A stretch of 64,000 bases of DNA from an uncultured Actinomycetota bacterium (GTDB lineage: Bacteria > Actinomycetota > Actinomycetes > S36-B12 > UBA10799). A program made the translations under genes and the position numbers. Shown piece by piece: positions 41,328-52,082 of the stretch. The stretch is taken from positions 1,645 to 65,644 of the forward strand of contig CAVSZD010000011.1 of NCBI GenBank assembly GCA_963732355.1. The letters run 5' to 3'. Numbering within the stretch: position 1 is the first letter of the stretch; each line of letters opens with the position of its first letter. The notes under the pieces are model-generated. The model searched no databases and was not told where the DNA came from. It was given only the letters and a program-made list of their open reading frames with translations.

Positions 41328-43727
41328 CTAGTCGGCGACAATCACGGCGTCGCGGCCGGCGGCTTTGGCCCGATAGAGGGACTCGTCGGCCCGGTCCAAT
41401 GCACTGGCGGCCTCCTCGCTCCTGGCGACAAGAGCAGCCCCGAAACTGGCCGACACCGGGATCCGCCGGCCGTGGACGACGACAGATCCAGCAACGCTCA
41501 CGCGCAGCTTCTCAGCCACGGCGCGCAGATCCTCCCGCGACGTGATCCGATCGAGCAGCACAACGAACTCGTCTCCCCCGATTCGTCCCACATCGTCGTA
41601 ACTGCGGATGGCGAGCGCGAGCCGCTCGGCGACCGCCGTCAGCACTGCGTCGCCTGCTGCGTGACCATAGGTGTCGTTGATCGCCTTCAGCCCGTCGACG
41701 TCACAGAAGACAATGCCCATGCTCACCTCCGATGCGTCTGCCATCGTCGCGAACCGGTCCAGGACCTGGCGCCGGTTCGCGACGCCGGTCAGGCCGTCGT
41801 GAGTGGCCAGATGAGCAAGCTCATCACGAAGTCGCCGGCTGCCGGTCACATCTGCGAGCAGATGGACCTGGTAGTCACCAATGTCGCCGCCGGGTGGGAC
41901 CCGGTTCACAGCGTGGGAGACCCATCGCGAGCCGGTGTCGGTGGAGATCTGGTGTTCGTGACGCAGGTCCGGCGTGCACGGGTCGCTACTGGCGGCTCGC
42001 AGGACCACCTGGATGTTGGTCCCGGTCAGCGCCGGCTCGGCGCGACCCAGCAGTCGACAGAACTCCTGGTTGACGTCGATGAGGAAGTCGTCAGCATCGG
42101 TGATGGCCAACCCGGCCGGCGCCGCGTCCACAGCCAGTCGCAGGCGGGCCTGCAATTGGGCCAGTGCGTCCTGGGCGACGACCTCAGCGGAGATGTCCCG
42201 AAGTCCGATGATTGCCCCGGTGAAGCGGCCATCGGGGTCGGTGACTGGTCTGGCCAGTACCGACATCCACGCAGGAACCCCTGCCGCTGTCCGGTACGGC
42301 ATGCGCTGGTTGTCAACGGAGTAGCCCTCGACGAGTCGGGCCAAACTGCTCGGTTCGGAGTCCTGTTCGAACAGGTCTGCCACGGACCGACCTATCAGAG
42401 TCTCCGGTCTCCAGCCCAAGACGTTCTGGACCGATGGCGACACCCACAGGATCGCGAACTCATGGTCGAGTTCGAACACGACGTCTGTGGCATTCTCGGC
42501 CAACAGCCGGAACCGTCTGACCGTTCGTTCGAGGGCGTCGGCATACTCGACCTCGGCGCTCACATCGATCATTTGCGCCACAAAGTGGTCGATCGCCGCC
42601 TCTTTGGTACGAGCGACTCCCACCGCCAGATCAATCCATAGCGTGGTGCCCGAGGACGTGACATACCGCTTGCGCAGGCTCACGTGACTCGTTTCCCCAC
42701 CGATCAGTCGCTGAAGCAGAGCCGCGCTGGCGTCCTGATCGTCAGGGTGTGTGATGTCCTGGAAGGACATCCCCACCATCTGATCCTGGGGATAACCGAC
42801 CATCTCGGCCAGCGCAGGATTGACCGACTCGAACACACCTTGCGGGCTGACGATGGCCACTCCGATTGCCGCTGCGTCCATGGACAGTTGCAGGCGCGCC
42901 GCCCTGAGTCGTTCCTGCTCGGCGAGCTCCTGTTCGGCCAGCAGAGCGGTGATGTCTTTGAGCCCGACCAGCAGCCCGCCGGTCGGTTCTCCTTCGGTGT
43001 CCACATCACGTGCCACTGTGGCCGACATCGCGATCGTCTCACCGGTCTTCGTGCGCAGCAAGAAGACCTCGTCGGGGTTCGGAACCGGATCGGTGTCGTT
43101 GGCGTAGAAGGCCGCCCGTTCCGTGCGCCTGCGGGCCTCAACCTCTTCGGACTCCGCACTCAGGTCCAGAATCGTTCGACCGACAAGTTCGGCCGGGGTC
43201 CAACCCAGGACTCTCTGCGCGCTTGGCGAGACCCAGGTCATCACCCCGGAGGAATCCGTGCGGTAGGCCATGTCAGTGGTGGCGTCGGCCAATGCCCGGA
43301 AGTTGCGCTCCGCCGTGCGCAACTCATCAAGCATGATTTCCCTGTCTGTGACGTCCCGCCATGTGTAGATGAGGTCATCCCCCGACGGGACTCCCCGGAT
43401 GTCGAAGTGCCGCTCCTGTCCGCCGTGCAACTCCACCTTGTAGACGAAATCGTCGAGAACCAGCGGCTCCCCCGTCTCGATCACCTTCCGGTACTTGTCC
43501 ATGAGGCCACTGCTGGCATGCCCGGGAAGAAGGCCCAGCAACCTGCTTCCGATCAGTTCGTCATAGGACCGACCGTTGTACACGCACGCCGCGGCGTTGG
43601 CATCTGTGTACTCAAAATCGACGATCTCACCGCGTTCATCGCGCATCGCCGTCAGCACGACGTGCGGATCCAGCAAACTGTCGAGCGTTGCGCGCAGCCG
43701 GTCTGCAGTGTCCCCTGGATGTGTCAT
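41328..43727 (-). CDS. Multi-PAS diguanylate cyclase
   Basis: Several PAS/PAC units; HDGLTGVANRR, DVDGLKAINDTYGH, RSYD I-site, GGDEF. Confidence 0.92.
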   Translation of the reverse strand: MTHPGDTADRLRATLDSLLDPHVVLTAMRDERGEIVDFEYTDANAAACVYNGRSYDELIGSRLLGLLPGHASSGLMDKYRKVIETGEPLVLDDFVYKVELHGGQERHFDIRGVPSGDDLIYTWRDVTDREIMLDELRTAERNFRALADATTDMAYRTDSSGVMTWVSPSAQRVLGWTPAELVGRTILDLSAESEEVEARRRTERAAFYANDTDPVPNPDEVFLLRTKTGETIAMSATVARDVDTEGEPTGGLLVGLKDITALLAEQELAEQERLRAARLQLSMDAAAIGVAIVSPQGVFESVNPALAEMVGYPQDQMVGMSFQDITHPDDQDASAALLQRLIGGETSHVSLRKRYVTSSGTTLWIDLAVGVARTKEAAIDHFVAQMIDVSAEVEYADALERTVRRFRLLAENATDVVFELDHEFAILWVSPSVQNVLGWRPETLIGRSVADLFEQDSEPSSLARLVEGYSVDNQRMPYRTAAGVPAWMSVLARPVTDPDGRFTGAIIGLRDISAEVVAQDALAQLQARLRLAVDAAPAGLAITDADDFLIDVNQEFCRLLGRAEPALTGTNIQVVLRAASSDPCTPDLRHEHQISTDTGSRWVSHAVNRVPPGGDIGDYQVHLLADVTGSRRLRDELAHLATHDGLTGVANRRQVLDRFATMADASEVSMGIVFCDVDGLKAINDTYGHAAGDAVLTAVAERLALAIRSYDDVGRIGGDEFVVLLDRITSREDLRAVAEKLRVSVAGSVVVHGRRIPVSASFGAALVARSEEAASALDRADESLYRAKAAGRDAVIVAD

Positions 43728-43755
43728 CGACCGAGCCGCCTCCGCGCAGTCGTCG

Positions 43756-44151
43756 CTACTCGGTGACTGTGATCTTGTACTCGAGGGCGTCCTCGCCCTT
43801 GGTGTCGACAAGGGTCACAGTGGCCTCGCCGACCTTCAGCGCCTCCGCGCCGGGGTTGAACGTCGCCCCGTCGCGTTCGCCTCCTTGAACCACCGCGACG
43901 ATCGACTCGTCGCTGCTGCCGATGTTCCACTGCCCCGGATCGGCTCCCACGTTGAACACGATCGAGCGCCCTACAGTCGCCTCCACCTCGGTCTGGCCGG
44001 CCTCGACCATGATGGGCCCGATCATGCCCGGGTCTGAGCTTGTGGCCGCAGCCGAACTCACTGGAGGGCTCGGCGTGCTCGACTCCGAGGATGAGCACCC
44101 GGCCAGGAGAAGGGCGGCTGCGGCTGGAATCACGAAGAAAGTCGCTCTCAT
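43756..44151 (-). CDS. Lipoprotein, small Ig-like domain
   Basis: Lipobox LAGC, S/P-rich linker, beta-rich C-terminus; leaderless TACCGT. Confidence 0.7.
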   Translation of the reverse strand: MRATFFVIPAAAALLLAGCSSSESSTPSPPVSSAAATSSDPGMIGPIMVEAGQTEVEATVGRSIVFNVGADPGQWNIGSSDESIVAVVQGGERDGATFNPGAEALKVGEATVTLVDTKGEDALEYKITVTE

Positions 44152-44225
44152 ACCTGGGACGGTATCGTTTCGGCGCGCCCCGAACGCGCCCGCCGCGACG
44201 ACGCACCGCAGACCTGCGCTGGCGG

Positions 44226-44882
44226 CTACTTTCCGTGATCGCCCCCGGTGACTACGGCCCAGTTGAACTTGGCCGATCCCAGGGCACTCATCAGGTTCAA
44301 CCACATCGGGAGCATCATCTCGACCCCCCGGGCCGTCGCGATACCACCCAGATCGATGATCTGCTCCCAGCCGAAGCCCTCAAGCAGTTCTCGTACCTGC
44401 TGCTTGGCCTGCGGGTGATCACCGGAGAGGAACAGCGCAGTGGACCCGGCGAGCAGGGACGGGTCAACCATCACCTCCGCGGTGAGCGTGTTGAGCGTCT
44501 TGACTACGTGGGCTGCTGGGAATGCCCGCTGGATCTGCTCGCCCAGGGAGTCAGTGTCTTTGACGAACAGAGACGGCGGGAAGCCATGGGAGAAGTCCAA
44601 GGGGTTCGACACATCGATGAGCGTCTTGCCTGCCAGGTTGGCTGCACCGGCGGCCTCAAGCGCGGCCATCGAAGCCGCGCCGCTGACAGCGTTGACCACC
44701 AACTGCGCACCTTCAGCGGCCTGGGAGTAGGGCAGCAGGGTCAGGCTGGCAACATCACCCTCGCTGCGATTGCGGGTGGCGGCCACATCCCGGGTTCCGA
44801 CGCTCACGTCATGACCCAGACCCACAAGGGCCAATGCCAACGTGCGTCCGACCGTGCCAGTGCCCAGAACCGCGATCCTCAT
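44226..44882 (-). CDS. NADPH-dependent F420 reductase-family oxidoreductase
   Basis: IAVLGTGTVG, IDVSNPL, VVKTLNT, DLGGI. Confidence 0.85.
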   Translation of the reverse strand: MRIAVLGTGTVGRTLALALVGLGHDVSVGTRDVAATRNRSEGDVASLTLLPYSQAAEGAQLVVNAVSGAASMAALEAAGAANLAGKTLIDVSNPLDFSHGFPPSLFVKDTDSLGEQIQRAFPAAHVVKTLNTLTAEVMVDPSLLAGSTALFLSGDHPQAKQQVRELLEGFGWEQIIDLGGIATARGVEMMLPMWLNLMSALGSAKFNWAVVTGGDHGK

Positions 44883-44924
44883 GCCGCGATCCTCCCCCGC
44901 CGAGGCTCGTTAGTCCAGCACGCC

Positions 44925-45758
44925 TCAGATACCCGCAGGCGCCGGAGGGAGGTCTTCGTAGTTGGCCGGGCGCTTCTGCGCCTTGGCACCAAAGGACTCC
45001 ATCATGTCCGCCGGCTGGAAAGCGCCGGTCTGCCACAGCGAAATCTGGTGCAGGGCGTCGGGCACGCCGTGATCGCGGGCGTAGACGAGAGCCTCCTTGG
45101 CCCCCCACAGCGTCAGCGGGCTCTTGGTCGCGATCTCCGCGGCGATCTCCAGCACCCCGGCCACCAGCGCGTCGTGGTCCTCGAACACCTCGTTGACCAA
45201 ACCCACCTCTGCGGCGCGTGCGGCACTCATCCGCCGGCCGGTGTAGACCAGTTCCCGGGCCACCCCGTCCGGAATCAACTTGGGCAGCCGCTGCAGGGTG
45301 CCGACATCGGCGGTCATCCCGATGTTCGTCTCCTGCACCTGGAAGTAGGCGTCGGCCGTGGCGTAGCGCATGTCCGCCGCGCACACCATGTCGACGGCCC
45401 CGCCGATGCAGCCGCCCTGAATGGCCACGAGCACCGGAACCCGCGCCTGCTCCAAGGCAGTGAAACTCTGCTGAAGCCGCTTGACCAGGAGCATGAACGT
45501 GGCGTTGCGCCGACCCGGTTCTCCGTCCATCGACAAGCCGCTGCTGGTGAAGACCGACAGATCCATACCCGCGCTGAAGTGCTTGCCCGTTGAACTGATG
45601 ACGATGGCGCGCACCTCGCCGGAATCGCTGAGTTCCCCGATCAGCCGGGGCAGCTCCGCCCAGAAGGCGGGGACCATCGTGTTGAGGGCATCGGGACGGT
45701 TCAGCCTGACGTGGGCAACCTTGTCCGCGACCAGTACATCGAAACAACTCAGTTCCAT
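44925..45758 (-). CDS. Enoyl-CoA hydratase/isomerase (crotonase) family protein
   Basis: LNRPDALN, FSAGMDL, GGCIGG, ADVGTLQRLPKLI. Confidence 0.9.
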   Translation of the reverse strand: MELSCFDVLVADKVAHVRLNRPDALNTMVPAFWAELPRLIGELSDSGEVRAIVISSTGKHFSAGMDLSVFTSSGLSMDGEPGRRNATFMLLVKRLQQSFTALEQARVPVLVAIQGGCIGGAVDMVCAADMRYATADAYFQVQETNIGMTADVGTLQRLPKLIPDGVARELVYTGRRMSAARAAEVGLVNEVFEDHDALVAGVLEIAAEIATKSPLTLWGAKEALVYARDHGVPDALHQISLWQTGAFQPADMMESFGAKAQKRPANYEDLPPAPAGI

Positions 45759-45857
45759 GGCATTACCTCCTGCTGTGAGGATGGCATGCAGTCATTCCGG
45801 GCCGCAGGGACCCCCACACGACTAGTCTGGCCGGGTGCCCGCAACCGCCGGCCCATC

Positions 45858-48647
45858 ATGACCGGTTTCCTGTACCGACTCGGCCGCCGAAGCGCTGAGC
45901 GCGGCTGGCGGGTGATCGGCATCTGGTTGGCCGTGGCCCTGGTCGTCATGGGGGCCAACCGCATTTTCGGGGGTGACTCCACCGACTCATTCATCCTCAA
46001 AGGGACCGACTCCTCAGCGGCCCAGGACCTGCTGAACAGGGCCTTCCCCGGGTCCTCGGCGGAGGCCACGCCGATCGTCCTGAATGATCCCGATGTCGAT
46101 CTCGGTACCGGTGCGGGCGAACAGTTGGTCGCGGACGTCGCTGACCAGGTCGCGGCACTTCCCCAAATCTCCAGTGTGACCGCACCCAGCGATCGCGCCG
46201 ACCTGCTCAGCGACGATGGCCACACGGCCATCATCTCGGTGGTCGTCAACGAGCGTTACGCCACCGACGTCGGGGTGGCACAAGAGTTGCTGTCCACCGC
46301 GCAGGCGGCCGCAGGTGATGTCGATGTGGCGCTCGGCGGGTTCCTGGCCCGGCAGTTGGCACAACCGGAAACCCACCAGAGTGAGGCACTTGGCCTCATC
46401 TCCGCGGTCTTGATCCTCTTCCTGACACTGCGGCGCTGGGGGGCGACCTTCGTGCCGCTGGTGAGCGCGATGTTCGCAGTGGGCCTGGGACTTGCTCTCG
46501 TGGGTCTACTCAGCGGACTCGTCTTCATCCCCGACGTCGCCCCGACGCTGGGCACCATGCTCGGTCTGGGAGTGGGGATCGACTATGCCCTTTTCCTGCT
46601 CATACGCCACAGAACCCTGCTCAACCAGGGCTATGACGTCCCCGATGCGGTCGGGCGCACCGCCGGTACGGCTGGGGCAGGCATGGTGTTCGCCGGCAGC
46701 ACGCTCATCGCCGCGGTGTGCGGGTTGGTGCTGACCGGGATCTCCTTCCTGGCCTGGTTGGGCTATGCGGCGGCCATCGTGGTGGCGATCGCGGTGCTCG
46801 CCTCGGTCACGCTGGTCCCGGCGATCCTGGGGGTCATGAAACACCGGGTCATGCCCAAGAAGGGCTTGAAGGCGCAGACCGACGAGGACCTCGATCACAC
46901 CGGCTGGGGTCGCCTCGCCGACGCGGTAACCACCAAACCCTGGCGCTACGCGATTGGATCGACGGTCGTACTGCTCGCGATGGCCGCTCCCACATTGACG
47001 CTGACCCTGGGGCACAGCGATGCCGGCATCCTGCCCGAGTCGACTTCCGCGAGACAGGCGTTCGATCTGATCGAACAAGGTTTCGGACCAGGCCAGAACG
47101 GCCCCTTCGCGGTAGTCACCCAGATGCACGCAATCGCCGAGGCGCCCGAAGACGCGGAGACCCAGAACGGGACCGATCCGCGTATCCAGGACCCGCGTCT
47201 GCAGGACCTTCAGCAGCAGCTGGCTGCCGCACCGGGGGTGGCGTCGGCCGATGAGCCGATCGTGAGCCCCGACGGCGGGGTTGCCGTGGTGCGGGTCGTG
47301 CCCGAATGGGGACCGGCCGACCCGCTCACCGAGGACCTGGTGCACCAACTGCGCGACGACGTCCTTCCGAACGCCGTTCCCGGTGGCAGTTCGCACCTAG
47401 GTGGCGTCACCGCTGCCACCACGGACTTCTCGGAGATCATCGCGTCTCGCACGCCGTACTTCATCGCAGGGGTCGTCACCTTGTCCTTCCTGCTGCTGAT
47501 GCTGGCCTACCGGTCCCTGCTCATCCCGTTCAAAGCCGCCTGTATGAACCTCATCTCGATCGCCGCCGCGTACGGGGTGGTAACGGTGATCTTCCAATGG
47601 GGCTGGGGTGCCCAGTTGATCGGCTTGGAGGGACCCGTCCCGATCGAGTCCTATGTGCCGATGATGATGTTCGCAGTGCTGTTCGGCCTGTCCATGGACT
47701 ACGAGGTCTTCTTGCTCACAGCGTTTCGCGAGCACTGGGAACGCACCGGTGACATGACCGTGGCCGTGCGCCGTGGGCTCGCCGACACCGGCCGGCTCGT
47801 GACCGCTGCGGCATTGATCATGGTCGTTGTCTTCGCGAGCTTCATCCTCTCCGACAACGCGATCGTGAAGATGTTCGGCGTGGGCCTGTCCACCGCAGTG
47901 GCCGTGGACGCGACGATCGTGCGTTGCCTGCTCGTGCCGGCGATCATGGTCCTCGCGCAGAAGGGCACATGGTGGCTGCCCGACTGGCTCGACCGGCTGC
48001 TGCCGACCTTGCACGTGGAGGGTGACCCGAGGGCGCTGGATGCTGCGGCAGCCAGCCGGACCCGGCCGCGATCCAGTCGCACGCCACTGGCTCTCTACCG
48101 GCCGGCTCCGGTGATCGGGGCGGTGCTGGGAGTGACTGTCTCCTGGGTGCTGACCTCGCGACTGGACTTCATCCCCGAAGTCACGTCGACCTCGGTGGCA
48201 ATGAGCGCGGTGCTCGGTGCGGTGCTCGGCCTCCTGCCCCGATCCGTGGGTGGAGGCCGCGGTACTTACATGATCCGGGCGGCAAGTTACGCCCTCGGCG
48301 TCCTCCTGGCGCTGATCGTCGTCTCGATACTCGAAGCGCTCGTGCCACCGGCCCAGGCCCTCAGCGCCCCGGTGACAGCGTGGGCGATCGTCGGCACCGC
48401 ACTGCTCGCCGTGCTGGTCGTCGGGCGCAGTGTCGCGCTACCCATGGTTCTGGGAGCGGTGGCGATGGCCGTGAGCTACTTGCTGACCGGCCCTGGATCG
48501 GGTCTGGACTCGCTGTTCGGCGCGAGCTTGCTGCCCGCATTGGTCACCATCCTGGTGATCAGCGTGTTCGACAACCTTTTCCCGGACCGACCCGCCACGA
48601 TGGAAGAACCCGAAGAAGCCGAGCCGATCCGAGTCGGGAGTCCATGA
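45858..48647 (+). CDS. MMPL-family transporter with extra C-terminal membrane domain
   Basis: GLGVGIDYALF, FGPGQNGP, FGLSMDYEVFL, VDATIVR, WWLP; ~200 additional hydrophobic residues. Confidence 0.9.
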   Translation: MTGFLYRLGRRSAERGWRVIGIWLAVALVVMGANRIFGGDSTDSFILKGTDSSAAQDLLNRAFPGSSAEATPIVLNDPDVDLGTGAGEQLVADVADQVAALPQISSVTAPSDRADLLSDDGHTAIISVVVNERYATDVGVAQELLSTAQAAAGDVDVALGGFLARQLAQPETHQSEALGLISAVLILFLTLRRWGATFVPLVSAMFAVGLGLALVGLLSGLVFIPDVAPTLGTMLGLGVGIDYALFLLIRHRTLLNQGYDVPDAVGRTAGTAGAGMVFAGSTLIAAVCGLVLTGISFLAWLGYAAAIVVAIAVLASVTLVPAILGVMKHRVMPKKGLKAQTDEDLDHTGWGRLADAVTTKPWRYAIGSTVVLLAMAAPTLTLTLGHSDAGILPESTSARQAFDLIEQGFGPGQNGPFAVVTQMHAIAEAPEDAETQNGTDPRIQDPRLQDLQQQLAAAPGVASADEPIVSPDGGVAVVRVVPEWGPADPLTEDLVHQLRDDVLPNAVPGGSSHLGGVTAATTDFSEIIASRTPYFIAGVVTLSFLLLMLAYRSLLIPFKAACMNLISIAAAYGVVTVIFQWGWGAQLIGLEGPVPIESYVPMMMFAVLFGLSMDYEVFLLTAFREHWERTGDMTVAVRRGLADTGRLVTAAALIMVVVFASFILSDNAIVKMFGVGLSTAVAVDATIVRCLLVPAIMVLAQKGTWWLPDWLDRLLPTLHVEGDPRALDAAAASRTRPRSSRTPLALYRPAPVIGAVLGVTVSWVLTSRLDFIPEVTSTSVAMSAVLGAVLGLLPRSVGGGRGTYMIRAASYALGVLLALIVVSILEALVPPAQALSAPVTAWAIVGTALLAVLVVGRSVALPMVLGAVAMAVSYLLTGPGSGLDSLFGASLLPALVTILVISVFDNLFPDRPATMEEPEEAEPIRVGSP

Positions 48648-51128
48648 TGCGCCTGAAACCGCTGATGGCATCTGCCGTCGGTGGTGTGCTCATCTCGGCC
48701 TCATTCCCGGTTCAAGCGGCATCGCCTGAGCCGCCGCTGGTGAACGAGGAACTCGTGGTGGCCGATGTGGACGCCTCGGGCCTGCCAGTGGATGCCACCC
48801 TCTACAGCCGCGTCGTGGCCCGGAACTACCCCAAAGGGCTGGTGCGGGACCCGTCTTCAACCAAAGACCTCGTCTATATGGACCGCCGCGGAGCGCCCGC
48901 GGTCGAGGGTCAGGACGCGGTCATCGAGATCGGGGGCGCCGGTCAGACGACAGTCACGACGCGGGCGAGCTTCGACAAACCGCTACCGGTGGCACTGCAT
49001 GCCGAGTACCGGCAGGGACCGACCGTGCTGGCGCCGGACAGCGTCGAGCAGGCCAGCGGAGAGATGACCGTCGTCTACACGGTCACCAACACCACAGCTG
49101 AGCAGACGACCATCCGATACCGCGACGCCTCGGGCAAGTGGACCGTCGAGAAGCAGCCGGTGTTCGCCCCGTTCGTCGCAACGCTGGTGGCCACCCTGCC
49201 GGAGGGTTTGACACTTGAGCAGGCGCCCCGGGCAATCCGCAACACCACCAGCGACGGCCGCACGCAGTTGCAGTGGAACCTGGTGCTCTACCCGCCGATG
49301 GGCAACTACCAGCAAGAAGCGCGAATGGTTGTCTCCGGCGACCCACTGGCCATCCCGGGGCTCACCGTCCAGGTGCTGCCTGTCAAGTCGTCGCAGGACC
49401 CCACCCTGGGGTTCAGTTCCGATCTTCTGGCCTCCAGTGTTGAAGGCAACGAGGTTCTGGCCGAAGGCCTGGTCCAGCTCGACGAGTCGGCGACGACGCT
49501 CGCGTCGGGGGCGGCAGACCTGGGCCGGGGTCTGCTGGAACTCGGCGAGGGAACCTCCGAACTCAGCAACGGGGTCAACGGAAAACTCGTGCCAGGCTCG
49601 CGCCAACTCGCCCAGGGCGCTGACAAGCTCGCCGACGGCCAGGGAGAACTGGCAGGCGGCGCCAACAAACTCGCCAAGGGTCAACGCAAGGCAGCAAAGG
49701 GCACAAAGTCGGCCTACGACGGGGCGAAGTCCCTGGAGGATGGCGCCGAGAAACTCGGGGAGGGGCTGCTGAGCCTGTACGACGGGATCCAGGAACTACT
49801 CAAGCCCGATGCCCTGCCCAAGGCCCGCGACAGTTCCGATCAACTGGCCCAGGCGGTGCTGCGACTGCACGACGTGATCGGCTCCCCCTCGGATCCTGAC
49901 ATCGGATTCCCGCCGACCCAGGCCAGTACCCTGATCCAAGCCGTAAGGGCGCTGCAGAAGACAGCCGGCCTGACTTCGGCCGGGGCAGTTGTGATCAAGA
50001 ACGATCTCAAGGACATCGCGACCAAACTGGCGTCCCTGGCCGCGGACAGTGGGCAGGCAGCAGTGGCCGCAGGAAGTGCCGAGTCCCAGGCCGGACTGGT
50101 CTATCAGCAGGCATGCGTGGATGCGGTGATCCTCAATCCCGTCCAGTGCGCGACCTTGCAGCAGGCCGTCACCGACGCGGGCACGGCGGCGCCAGAAGTC
50201 CACGGATGTCAGTGTGGGCCTGGGCGTGCAATCGACCCGCACAGCGGCGCAGGCGATCGCGGTGGCAGCGGTCGCCTTGGCGCTGCAGGGGATCACGGCG
50301 GCGCTGGGTGCGGTCGATCAGGCCCTGACCCAGATTTCGGTGTCCCTGGCCAGCGGCAACACGGACGCACCCGGCGTTTACGAGGGGCTGAATGCGCTGA
50401 CAGACGGGCTGACCGCCACGATCAACGGCCTGGTCAAACTATCCAACGGGTCTGCGCAGTCCGCCGGCGGTGCTGAGCAACTCACGGTCGGCTCTCAGGA
50501 TCTGGCCGATGGCCTAAACGACCTCGCAGACGGAGCCGAGGACCTCGCCCAGGGTTCGGCCGACTTGGCAGAAGGCACTGAAGAGTTGGCCGACGGTGGG
50601 CGCGAACTGGCTGAAGGAACGTCCCAGCAGGCAGAGGCCACCCGTGCTGTCGGAGATGCCCTCAGCCAGGTGGACGCAGGCGTGGACAGCGCCGCCGGCG
50701 GTGCAGACCAACTCGCGGACGGGGCGGATCAACTGCAGGAGCAGGGCACGGCGGAGGTTCTCAACAAGGTGATCAAGGCCTCCAAGGACCCTGCCCTGGC
50801 CAAGGCGTATCTGGCCGCGAGCCAGGAACGCGCCGCCGATGCGCTGCCGTACGGCGCACCTGACGGGGCGGCCGGGCGGGTGGCATACATCTACACGATG
50901 CCCGGCTCGCAGCAGTCCGGCACAGCAAGCAGCCTGGCCGGTTGGGGTCTTCTGGCCGTCATCGCCGCGGCTGCGGTTGCGGTGGCCTGGCGACGCTTGC
51001 ATCCCGTCGAGGCCGCAGCACCGGCAGTTGAGGCAGCAACGGTCGATGCCCCACCGATCCCCGACACCCCACCGGCCGACCTGCCGCCTGTCGGCACGGA
51101 CGACGACTGGCCGTTCCGCCCTCAGTGA
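48644..51128 (+). CDS. YhgE/Pip-like X-X-X-L-X-X-G heptad-repeat protein (frameshift ~50192)
   Basis: Signal ending VQA; repeats LADGxxx; C-terminal TM then P-rich tail; ATGA-coupled to MMPL. Confidence 0.75.
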
Positions 51129-51150
51129 GAACGCCCACTAGGCTGTGCGC

Positions 51151-51717
51151 GTGACGAACAACCCGGGTGACCGCCTCGTTTGGCTGGACTGCGAGATGAC
51201 CGGCCTGGACCTCGAAGCCGATGAACTTGTCGAGATCGCCTGTGTGGTGACCGAGGCCGACCTCACACCTCTGGATGAGGGCGTGACTTTGGTGATTCGG
51301 CCGTCGGAACAGGCCTTGGCGCATATGCCGGAGATCGTGCGCACGATGCACACCGAGTCGGGGCTGTTGCCGGAGATCCCCGGCGGGGTGGATGTGCAGG
51401 AGGCCCAGCGCGCCGTCCTCGACTATGTGAAATCGCATATCGCGACTGCCCGCAAGGCGCCCCTGTGCGGGTCCAGCATCTACGTCGACCGCAGTTTCCT
51501 GGCACGCTTCATGCCCGATCTCGACGCCTACCTGCACTACCGCGTGGTGGATGTGTCCTCGATCAAGGAACTCGTGCGTCGCTGGTACCCCAAGGCCTAC
51601 TACAGCGCGCCGCGTAAGACCGGGAATCACCGTGCGCTCGGGGACACTCTGGATTCGATCGCAGAACTGGCCTACTACCGGGAGTCGGTCATGATCAGCA
51701 CCGACCCGCAGACCTAG
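51151..51717 (+). CDS. orn: Oligoribonuclease
   Basis: LVWLDCEMTGL, MHTESGL, HYRVVDVSSIKEL, HRALGD; TAGGCT 6 nt before GTG. Confidence 0.95.
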   Translation: MTNNPGDRLVWLDCEMTGLDLEADELVEIACVVTEADLTPLDEGVTLVIRPSEQALAHMPEIVRTMHTESGLLPEIPGGVDVQEAQRAVLDYVKSHIATARKAPLCGSSIYVDRSFLARFMPDLDAYLHYRVVDVSSIKELVRRWYPKAYYSAPRKTGNHRALGDTLDSIAELAYYRESVMISTDPQT

Positions 51718-51956
51718 CCGATCGCCTTCATCCGGCGCCCAATCTGTAGGGCACCTCCAGAGGCTCCGATCGAGAGCACCGAGCCGGTCGAGCCGATGCT
51801 GAGTACCGACCCGCTCGAGCCGATGCTGAGAAACGAACCAGCCGAGGCGATTGATGCCACGCTGCCGGCGCTGAGCACGCTGAGCGCGGACGCGACCGAG
51901 AGAGCCGACAACACCGACCAGGGCGACGCGATACTTCGCCACGAGGCTTCCATCAT
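51714..51956 (-). CDS. Small Ser-periodic hypothetical protein
   Basis: S-x-x period with SVLSIGSxG nonamers. Confidence 0.6.
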   Translation of the reverse strand: MMEASWRSIASPWSVLSALSVASALSVLSAGSVASIASAGSFLSIGSSGSVLSIGSTGSVLSIGASGGALQIGRRMKAIG

Positions 51957-52082
51957 CTACCCAGCCTGCCAGACGCCGGCCAGGCTGGCCCGTTCGCTGC
52001 GCAAGGGTGCGGCAGATCGGCTTGCCCTGCCCCACCACCAACAGTCGTACCCCTGACCGGGCACTCGTGGAAGGATCAGAGC

